Of a stretch of DNA of 64,000 nt, positions 29,069 through 36,049 are shown in pieces. The first letter of the stretch is position 1; each line of letters begins with the position of its first letter. Origin of the DNA: a virus. The position numbers and the translations under genes are program-made. A model generated the notes under the pieces. It searched no databases and had not been told where the DNA came from. It saw nothing but the letters and a program-made list of their open reading frames with translations. The DNA is taken from positions 1 to 64,000 of the IMG/VR virus record IMGVR_UViG_3300045988_125846; one strand, 5' to 3'.

Positions 29069-29380
29069 TTAAGTCGGATCAACTATTCGATATGCCAATC
29101 TTTTATCTGTAAATATTTCTTCTCCATTATCCGTTAATCTTGTGATATTACAAGACAAATGCATTTCATCATATTCCAGATTTGAAATTTTGCAATTAGA
29201 TTGTATGCTGTTTCCTTTCATAACTTTTGACTTGAAGAAAACTGCTTTACCATCATAATTCTTATGTGCTTTACAATATTCATCCCAACTGTCTGCCTCA
29301 ACCACTCTTGATTGATGATCTCTGATGATATTATTTTCATCAATGATTAGATTTGTTTCAATTACTTTTATGTATATCAC
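29069..29380 (-). CDS. hypothetical protein (paralogue of 30076-30360)
   Basis: IKVIETNLIIDENNIIRDHQSRVVE...KRLAYRIV shares a clear pattern with the ORF at 30076. Confidence 0.5.
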   Translation of the reverse strand: MIYIKVIETNLIIDENNIIRDHQSRVVEADSWDEYCKAHKNYDGKAVFFKSKVMKGNSIQSNCKISNLEYDEMHLSCNITRLTDNGEEIFTDKRLAYRIVDPT

Positions 29381-29391
29381 CTCTATTCATA

Positions 29392-29401
29392 TATTCTCTA
29401 T
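29392..29401 (-). promoter_or_regulatory. gene-boundary motif ATAGAGAATA
   Basis: Plus strand tattctctat. Confidence 0.4.
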
Positions 29402-29409
29402 TAGTGACA

Positions 29410-29670
29410 CTATTCTACACTTAAATCTTTTAAAACTGCTTTCAAATTCTCATCATTAGAAAGAACAACATCATAATTAAATGGAAACTGTCTCTTAATT
29501 CCAACTACATCTTCATCCTTGGAATAAACCACTTCTGTGACACCAACCATACACATTTCCATACAACTTTCTGCTAACTTATTCGCTGTATCTTCATCTG
29601 GTTTAAACCAATAATCTTCATGACCATTTGCTTTATTAACTCTTAATAATGTAAAATTATCTTTGTTCAT
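29410..29670 (-). CDS. hypothetical protein
   Basis: ATG at 29670 preceded by AGGAGGTGAGAAA (track start 29694). Confidence 0.5.
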   Translation of the reverse strand: MNKDNFTLLRVNKANGHEDYWFKPDEDTANKLAESCMEMCMVGVTEVVYSKDEDVVGIKRQFPFNYDVVLSNDENLKAVLKDLSVE

Positions 29671-29707
29671 TTTCTCACCTCCTAAAATTTTCAAATGAAA
29701 CAGTGAT

Positions 29708-29998
29708 TTATTTATATGGTAATGTTTCTAGCCATTGGTTAATATCTTCTATACCCATTTCTTCTGTTGTAGCTGCGTTTGGATAATAAAATGTAATGCT
29801 ATCTCTACTTAACCCTTCATCAAGCAACTGTTTCAATACAGACAATGTATTTTCTACACCAAGATGATAAGCTTGTTTCTGATCTTCATTATCAAATGAT
29901 TTGTCTACACTTTCATTTGCTGAATCTATAACCATTTTCACTTCATTCGGAATATTGCATCCCCAAAACTGTATATCATCTTCAAATTCTGCAAACAT
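29708..29998 (-). CDS. hypothetical protein
   Basis: Track ORF, 96 aa. SD AAAGGAGGAAAA upstream. Confidence 0.5.
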   Translation of the reverse strand: MFAEFEDDIQFWGCNIPNEVKMVIDSANESVDKSFDNEDQKQAYHLGVENTLSVLKQLLDEGLSRDSITFYYPNAATTEEMGIEDINQWLETLPYK

Positions 29999-30019
29999 AA
30001 TTTTCCTCCTTTATAGGTT

Positions 30020-30029
30020 TATTCTCTAT
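30020..30029 (-). promoter_or_regulatory. gene-boundary motif ATAGAGAATA
   Basis: Plus strand tattctctat. Confidence 0.4.
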
Positions 30030-30075
30030 TCGATTTTCATTTTTATTGGAAATTGTGACTCGAATGAATCATAGA

Positions 30076-30360
30076 TCATAAAACAATTCTATATGCAAGT
30101 TTCTTCGTAATAAAACCCGATGGATGTAAAACCATACAAGATAGATGAATGTCATCATATATCAAATCTGTCATTGTACAATTCGATAAGATACTGTAAC
30201 CACGCATAGCTTTTGACTTAAAATAAACAGCTTCGCCATTGTATTCCTCAAATGCTTTGCAATATGTCTCCCAATCTTCAACTTCAACAATTCGTGACTG
30301 ATGATCTCTTATGATATTATCTTTATCAATACTCAAATTTGTTTCAATTACTTGAATCAC
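30076..30360 (-). CDS. hypothetical protein (paralogue of 29069-29380)
   Basis: GTG at 30360 lies 8 nt after AGGAGG (track start 30369). IQVIETNLSIDKDNIIRDHQSRIVE...KKLAYRIV. Confidence 0.5.
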   Translation of the reverse strand: MIQVIETNLSIDKDNIIRDHQSRIVEVEDWETYCKAFEEYNGEAVYFKSKAMRGYSILSNCTMTDLIYDDIHLSCMVLHPSGFITKKLAYRIVL

Positions 30361-30383
30361 ATTTCTCACCTCCTACAACTATA

Positions 30384-30393
30384 TATTCTCTGT
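30384..30393 (-). promoter_or_regulatory. gene-boundary motif ACAGAGAATA
   Basis: Plus strand tattctctgt. Confidence 0.4.
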
Positions 30394-30399
30394 TCTATT

Positions 30400-30792
30400 T
30401 CAATTCGGTCTTTTGTCCTTATCCATTACATCTTTCATAAAATATGGCTTAGTAACAATATCAAAAATTATGTAGTATAGATGGTTGCAGAAAGCAAAGA
30501 ATTTTATATTTTTGCAATCCAAATCATCACCACCAAGATCTTCTGCTATATTTTCAAGAATAAAAGTAACAATAGCATTTCTGTTAATAGGAACATTATG
30601 ATGAATATGAGATTTTACTAAATAGATTAATCTATCTTCTATCTCTTCAAGTTCCCATTTGTATACATTCATGTATAACTCATCATATTCGTCTTTTGAT
30701 TCACCAAAAACTGCCTCAAACATAAAGTTCTGAAAATCTTCCTGACGAAATGCTTCTCTAATTTTATTCTCTGTCTCTTTTTCAAATCTCAT
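30400..30792 (-). CDS. hypothetical protein
   Basis: Track ORF, 130 aa, co-directional. Confidence 0.5.
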   Translation of the reverse strand: MRFEKETENKIREAFRQEDFQNFMFEAVFGESKDEYDELYMNVYKWELEEIEDRLIYLVKSHIHHNVPINRNAIVTFILENIAEDLGGDDLDCKNIKFFAFCNHLYYIIFDIVTKPYFMKDVMDKDKRPN

Positions 30793-30812
30793 ATTCTTTA
30801 CCTCTAATCATG

Positions 30813-30822
30813 TATTCTCTGT
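30813..30822 (-). promoter_or_regulatory. gene-boundary motif ACAGAGAATA
   Basis: Plus strand tattctctgt. Confidence 0.4.
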
Positions 30823-30993
30823 TTACTGCAACATTTCTGGATAAAAGTCATAAAGATAATCACAAAAATCTCCATCGTATTGCGAACCTGTTCGTTCCCT
30901 CCAAGAATTTTGCCATTCTTTACCTCTCTCAGTCTGAATAAACTGTTTATATTTAGGTCTTAAAGCTTCTCTATCTTTACAAATGTCACTCAT
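30823..30993 (-). CDS. hypothetical protein (56 aa)
   Basis: ATG at 30993 preceded by AAAGGAGAA. The track start 31023 lies inside an intergenic IR element. Confidence 0.4.
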   Translation of the reverse strand: MSDICKDREALRPKYKQFIQTERGKEWQNSWRERTGSQYDGDFCDYLYDFYPEMLQ

Positions 30994-31017
30994 TCTATAA
31001 TTCTCCTTTAAAAATTG

Positions 31018-31043
31018 CCTCAAGAAATGTCAGTTTCCTTCGG
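31018..31043 (-). repeat. intergenic IR element
   Basis: Plus strand: cctcaagaaatgtcagtttccttcgg. Confidence 0.5.
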
Positions 31044-31045
31044 CT

Positions 31046-31267
31046 CTATTTCTTCACTGTTACATTGAAAACTGACCTTAAAATACAGATAATCAACCAA
31101 ACACCAGTTGCAATAGACCATTTAAATGTCAAACCAAAGCACATTGTAATAAGCTTGATTATTCCACATGTAACAATCCAACTAAGTCCATAGCATACAG
31201 CTAAAATTGTAATGACAATAACTGCTGTTGCTCCACCTTTTGTTAATTTTTCCTTCAAATTACTCAT
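31046..31267 (-). CDS. small membrane protein
   Basis: Track ORF, 73 aa with two hydrophobic helices. SD AGGAGAA upstream. Confidence 0.5.
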   Translation of the reverse strand: MSNLKEKLTKGGATAVIVITILAVCYGLSWIVTCGIIKLITMCFGLTFKWSIATGVWLIICILRSVFNVTVKK

Positions 31268-31287
31268 ATGTATATTCTCCTTTATTT

Positions 31288-32145
31288 TTACTCTTCACCA
31301 ACAAATACCAATCTATCAATATATTCTCTGCCTTCGCCCTTGAAAATAGGAATATCTGTATCAATAACCCATTCTGTTCTATATTCAATAGCTCTGACTT
31401 CACCATTATATCCAGTTGATTTATTTTCAATTTTCTTTTTTACACAACAGCTTCCTCTCTTCTGATAAGTCGGTAAATCATTCCAGTTAATACCTTTCTG
31501 TATCATAAGCATATCCTGAATATCATTACATGACTTATTCTGCAATTCCTTGTGTGAGAAATTGGCTTGACCAACCATCTGAATTGAATTACGAGAAGCG
31601 TCAAGTTGTCGCCAATATACGAGATTTGTTACTTCTTCTTTTGGGATATTAAAGCAACGGGCATCGAACATTGCACCTTTGTTAATAGCTTTTTTATAAA
31701 TTTCCCATAACTTTCTATTTTCTTCAGTATCAATGCCATTATCGTTATATGCTAACTCTAAATCAAATTCCTTTACATATTTAGAAAAAATATTATTAAA
31801 CGCCATTGTTGCCATACTTGCAGCAATACTACAAATCTTTTGTACTTCATAATCAAACCATGCTGAAGATGTAAGCTTCTTATAATCAACAAGAATCAAT
31901 GTAATCTCATCTGACTGTGTGTAACCAAGAACACAGCCCTGAATATTCTCACATAAGTATTTCATTGTTTCCTGCATAGACTTAATTAACACTTCATCAA
32001 ACGGCTTATGGAATCCTCTTGTAAATGTGTGAAACGCCTTTCCGTCAATTCTGATAGCAACTGGGCATCTTCTCATTAATTTTGTCTTAGGAATCTACTC
32101 ATAAAATGTCTTCATCCTAACGCCTAAATCATCATGTACTGGCAT
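31288..32145 (-). CDS. Thg1-like protein (tRNA-His guanylyltransferase family, 3'-5' polymerase) with in-frame TAG at codon 17
   Basis: MPVHDDLGVRMKTFYE-TAG-IPKTKLMRRCPVAIRIDGKAFHTFTRGFHKPFD plus GYTQSDEITL match the Thg1/TLP palm (RxDGxxFxxFT, SDE). A strong SD (AGAGAGG) precedes ATG 32145; the internal ATG 32076 has none. Confidence 0.75.
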
Positions 32146-32178
32146 ATATGTACCTCTCTTTCATTATGTTATGCTCTC

Positions 32179-33072
32179 TTAACCATTCTTTGAAACATCC
32201 TCTAAAACAGGCTTTTCGTTGATAATCTCATGTAAGACCACAATAACAAGACCGTCATGGAATTCAACTTCATATTTGTCATAGATATTAGTATCAATAA
32301 GTAAATGAACATCAATATCATTCTCAAATCCAATATCTTCAACTTTATGTTCACCTTTGATATTCAAATAAGTTTCCTTGGTTCTATTGACAAACTCTGT
32401 CTCATATTTAATATTCTCCTTTGGAATACCAATCGCATTATAAATATACATCTTATCTGTTCCTACCTGTGCAACTCTAAAAGCTGCTGTGTAAATATTA
32501 AACATATTTTTATTCTCCTTCTTAAATAAACCCAATTCTTTGCTGACTGTTATTGTTTTTCTTAATGCTTCGTCATATCGTCTCATTTCTAAGGAATCCA
32601 TTTTGCTATGGTAATAGACAGGTGCCTTTATAAATTGAGCTAATTCTGATTCCTTAATATCTTCGCATTTAATATCTACAACAAATACTCTTTCTTCAAC
32701 ATTGCCAAAATTTTCTATTCGTTTATCTTCGATATCGTATGTAATAGTTGTTAAATATGGCATAATTGAATAATTAGCAACATCTCTATCTATTTCACCA
32801 TCAATTACTACACCATTAAATTTATGTCCTCGCACATAATCACTAACTTGAAGAACCGTAATACAACTTCCGTTCTCCCACCAAAATCTTGTCTCATGAC
32901 TACTGACTCTGTGCTGAACTTGTACAGAAGATGACAATAAATTGGAAATACATTTCGCTGCAATCTCACGTTGAATTTGTGTTCTTACGAATACTCCACA
33001 TTTATATCTCTCATATTGTTCACAGAACCTAATCTGCTTTTCTAATGCTTGTACTAAATTCGTATATATCAA
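32179..33072 (-). CDS. hypothetical protein
   Basis: Track ORF, 297 aa, co-directional. No motif recognised. Confidence 0.55.
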   Translation of the reverse strand: MIYTNLVQALEKQIRFCEQYERYKCGVFVRTQIQREIAAKCISNLLSSSVQVQHRVSSHETRFWWENGSCITVLQVSDYVRGHKFNGVVIDGEIDRDVANYSIMPYLTTITYDIEDKRIENFGNVEERVFVVDIKCEDIKESELAQFIKAPVYYHSKMDSLEMRRYDEALRKTITVSKELGLFKKENKNMFNIYTAAFRVAQVGTDKMYIYNAIGIPKENIKYETEFVNRTKETYLNIKGEHKVEDIGFENDIDVHLLIDTNIYDKYEVEFHDGLVIVVLHEIINEKPVLEDVSKNG

Positions 33073-33091
33073 TCCTCCTTATGTATATTCT

Positions 33092-33117
33092 CCAAAAGAA
33101 ATCGAAAATTACTGTGC
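33092..33117 (-). repeat. intergenic IR element
   Basis: Plus strand: ccaaaagaaatcgaaaattactgtgc. Confidence 0.4.
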
Positions 33118-33142
33118 TTTTTCACTCACAGAAAGCCTTATT

Positions 33143-33796
33143 TTATAGGTTTTTTGAAAAGTCAACATAAATGATTTCATGCTCACCTTTGATTTTTGAC
33201 TCAATTTCTTCAAATGAATATTCATATTTATTACCAACAACAATAATGTCAGCTTCAATGGTGTCTAACTCTTCATGAGCGTCTGTCTCATATACTGTTT
33301 TTGCTCGATCTGAATTAGCAATAATTCCTGCAATATAGCTCTTACCTAATCCACTATCACCTTTGAAAATCCAAACAGGTCTTTTATCCATTGCACGATT
33401 TGTTTCTGTAAATAATTCTTCCGTAATTCCAGCATCGCCATTTGGATACCAGTAGTCATCGCCATCGCCATCTACATGAAAAATATCATTCTCGGCATTA
33501 TAGATAGTATCTTCAAAGTCTCCTTCTTTTGTTCCAATTTCAAAAGATAAATCTTTGATTGGTTTATGTGTTGAGCCAATAAACGAATCTACAAGTTTGA
33601 CTTCGCAATGTCCCCATGATGCACTACACCAACCACTAGGACAATCACCGTATTCAGTCCAAAGCGATACTTCATATTTTAAATTATTCTCCGAAATACA
33701 ATTTAAGATATATTTAGAATTGTCTTCAAAATCATCATCTCTATTGTTGTATGTACGAATATGTTCTATTCTTAATGAATGTACTTTTAATTTCAT
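33143..33796 (-). CDS. P-loop protein of unknown function
   Basis: Walker A GDSGLGKSY in the C-terminal half. ATG at 33796 follows AGAGAGGTAGAT. The track extension to 33883 covers the operator pair. Confidence 0.55.
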   Translation of the reverse strand: MKLKVHSLRIEHIRTYNNRDDDFEDNSKYILNCISENNLKYEVSLWTEYGDCPSGWCSASWGHCEVKLVDSFIGSTHKPIKDLSFEIGTKEGDFEDTIYNAENDIFHVDGDGDDYWYPNGDAGITEELFTETNRAMDKRPVWIFKGDSGLGKSYIAGIIANSDRAKTVYETDAHEELDTIEADIIVVGNKYEYSFEEIESKIKGEHEIIYVDFSKNL

Positions 33797-33817
33797 ATCT
33801 ACCTCTCTTTCTAATCT

Positions 33818-33842
33818 CCAAGGAAACCGATATTTCTTGTCC
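33818..33842 (-). repeat. intergenic IR element
   Basis: Plus strand: ccaaggaaaccgatatttcttgtcc. Confidence 0.5.
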
Positions 33843-33850
33843 TTTTTATC

Positions 33851-33893
33851 ACTATATATAGTAGTTTTAATTTGCCTAACCACTATATATAGT
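33851..33893 (-). promoter_or_regulatory. bipartite palindromic operator / promoter region (copy 2)
   Basis: Perfect ACTATATATAGT at 33851-33862 and 33882-33893, starts 31 nt apart. Upstream of ATG 33796. Confidence 0.65.
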
Positions 33894-33926
33894 ATGTGTT
33901 TTTATGAAATATACTACCTATTGTAT

Positions 33927-33936
33927 TATTCTCTCT
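33927..33936 (-). promoter_or_regulatory. gene-boundary motif AGAGAGAATA
   Basis: Plus strand tattctctct. Confidence 0.35.
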
Positions 33937-33937
33937 T

Positions 33938-34345
33938 TTATTTCAATAAAGCAGCAATCTCATCAATTTCCAGCTCTGTTTTCTTATCATCAGAAAGCAA
34001 CTTGTCCAACTTGCTCTCCATTTTCTTCAAATCAGACTCTTCTTTCTTCAGACCAGATACCTCTAACTTACTCTTAATATCTTTAATCCATGCTGTCACA
34101 CTGTATCCTGAAATTTCAAAATCAGCCATATTAAGATCCTTGGCAGACATTAAATATGAATTCAATCTAATCAAAAGTAACAACAACGCATCATCTGAAC
34201 ACACGTTGAGATTAATTGTCATCCCATCCATATTAAGAACACAATTTGTTTCAGGAATAAATCTGATTTTCTTCTCAGAAATTGATTTCTTTTTTGTCTC
34301 AATCTGTTTCTTTAATTCTAAAATTCTGTCATCGTTTTTACTCAT
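33938..34345 (-). CDS. hypothetical coiled-coil protein
   Basis: Track ORF, 135 aa, Lys/Glu-rich. Confidence 0.5.
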   Translation of the reverse strand: MSKNDDRILELKKQIETKKKSISEKKIRFIPETNCVLNMDGMTINLNVCSDDALLLLLIRLNSYLMSAKDLNMADFEISGYSVTAWIKDIKSKLEVSGLKKEESDLKKMESKLDKLLSDDKKTELEIDEIAALLK

Positions 34346-35535
34346 TTAATTTCATACTCCTTTTTATATTCTCTACCATTTGCTAAATATTTTTGAATAT
34401 ACATCGGCTTCATCACTTCAAAAATCTTTTCTAACGTAACTGGAATCATATGTTTTTCTTCTATGTCTTTATATGGATAACGGTTTGATTTAACCATTTT
34501 AGATGTAGTCGGAAAAATATCGGTTACTTCAACATATTCTGTATAAGAACCCCAATAAGTATTATTTGATATGTTCTCCTTTTGACGAACAATAAATAGA
34601 TCTTTACCTTTTTCTATTGGCTGAACATCAAACTCATATTTACAACCATTGTAATATTCGCTTATAAAATTCCCTCTTCTCCAATAGTCTGTGTTTGGCG
34701 TTTTCTTAAATTCATCAAAGGTGAAATATTTATATTCATTTTTTGAACTGTCGTATGGAGAATACTCACAGTTTATTTCTAAATTATTGTAGATATTTGC
34801 ATATTTTTCACTGCATTTGTTATCAATACATTTGATAAGTTTATTCTTTGGTAAAGATTTATAATGTTCAAAAATACCATTATGCCAAAACCAAAAATGT
34901 TTACCTTTATTTGTTCCCTCCCAATAGTCAAAAGCTTCAAATTTACCCATATAAATCCAGTTCTCATCATCTTTTGTAAGATATGTAGCACCGATAATTA
35001 AATCTTTTGCTTTAATGGTTTCATTGTTATGAATAATTTTATTAAACTCACTAATTTGCTTATAGTCAGGTGACTCGACTGGCATAAGAACTAAATCCTT
35101 ACCATCCCATCCATATATAAATTCTCCTTCAAGTCCCTTACCCTTGATACAATTCGCATTTTCGAGAATGTATAACAAATTTTCAATAGTAATTTCAAAT
35201 TCAAATCCTCTTGGATCATATACTCTACAATAAGCATGTCTGTGATCCCAACCTGTAGAATAATCACCTGCTTTTTTATTAAGTACAAATCCTTCAGTTG
35301 GAACATTATCATATTCATCATTTGGAATATTCTTATCTCGCCAACCATTCCACGAAGTCTCTTTTCGCAACTTACCCTTCTCATCATAGTAGATTATATA
35401 AGCAAGTTTTCCTGTGTATGTTCCTGAACGATTCTGATAACCAACATTAATCGTTTTTGGAATAAAAATACTACTGTTCAATCTATTGCTTTCTCCTTTC
35501 TTTTCGTAAACCTTATGTATATAAGCTATTAACAT
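34342..35535 (-). CDS. hypothetical protein
   Basis: Track ORF, 397 aa, aromatic-rich. No motif recognised. Confidence 0.6.
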   Translation of the reverse strand: MLIAYIHKVYEKKGESNRLNSSIFIPKTINVGYQNRSGTYTGKLAYIIYYDEKGKLRKETSWNGWRDKNIPNDEYDNVPTEGFVLNKKAGDYSTGWDHRHAYCRVYDPRGFEFEITIENLLYILENANCIKGKGLEGEFIYGWDGKDLVLMPVESPDYKQISEFNKIIHNNETIKAKDLIIGATYLTKDDENWIYMGKFEAFDYWEGTNKGKHFWFWHNGIFEHYKSLPKNKLIKCIDNKCSEKYANIYNNLEINCEYSPYDSSKNEYKYFTFDEFKKTPNTDYWRRGNFISEYYNGCKYEFDVQPIEKGKDLFIVRQKENISNNTYWGSYTEYVEVTDIFPTTSKMVKSNRYPYKDIEEKHMIPVTLEKIFEVMKPMYIQKYLANGREYKKEYEIK

Positions 35536-35584
35536 ATAGTAACTATCTGATTGATTACTCTTTCAGAATACTTTCTATATATTG

Positions 35585-36004
35585 TTATTCATCAGCCTTC
35601 TCATTCTCACCTTTCTGTAATAATGTAACACTAATTTTTACGATAATATCTGTTCCTGATAAATAGCATCCAGATAAATACACAATCGGCATATTGGCAT
35701 CATCATAAGATCTGTTGTATAATTCTTCTTTTATAATATTCTCCATAAAATCATACACTATTTTATATGTACAGTTATTTGTTGGAAGAGTATATCTTTT
35801 TCTATTTTTCCATAAATCTATTCTCTCTTTTGTATACGGATTGTATGCTTCATCAGAATCGCCTAACCACGCATATCTACATTCCAAGTGTGCAATTAAA
35901 TTCTTATCAATTTCTTCCAAGGCATTTTGAATTGCTTCCTGTACAACATATTCAATCAAATTGGCTCTTGAACCTTTATCGAAAATTATATTCCTGCTAT
36001 CCAT
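35585..36004 (-). CDS. hypothetical protein
   Basis: Track ORF, 139 aa. SD AAAGGAGA upstream. Confidence 0.5.
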   Translation of the reverse strand: MDSRNIIFDKGSRANLIEYVVQEAIQNALEEIDKNLIAHLECRYAWLGDSDEAYNPYTKERIDLWKNRKRYTLPTNNCTYKIVYDFMENIIKEELYNRSYDDANMPIVYLSGCYLSGTDIIVKISVTLLQKGENEKADE

Positions 36005-36023
36005 TTAATCTCCTTTCAAATTT

Positions 36024-36049
36024 CCACAAGAAACGAATCTTTCTTGTCC
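36024..36049 (-). repeat. intergenic IR element
   Basis: Plus strand: ccacaagaaacgaatctttcttgtcc. Confidence 0.55.

Noticed and set aside
31288-32145. Genome-wide reassignment of TAG (a code-15-like phage).
   Set aside because: TAG is the natural terminator of several well-supported genes here (helicase 14894, PAPS-reductase-like 40535, 31046, 2713 and small ORFs). Only one in-frame TAG was seen, so I kept it as a local anomaly.
33555-34349. 264-aa plus-strand ORF, the longest ORF on the plus strand.
   Set aside because: It is antisense to two well-packed minus-strand genes. It is S/L/I/F-rich low-complexity sequence, has no SD and has no co-oriented neighbours. This is typical of an antisense artefact in AT-rich DNA.
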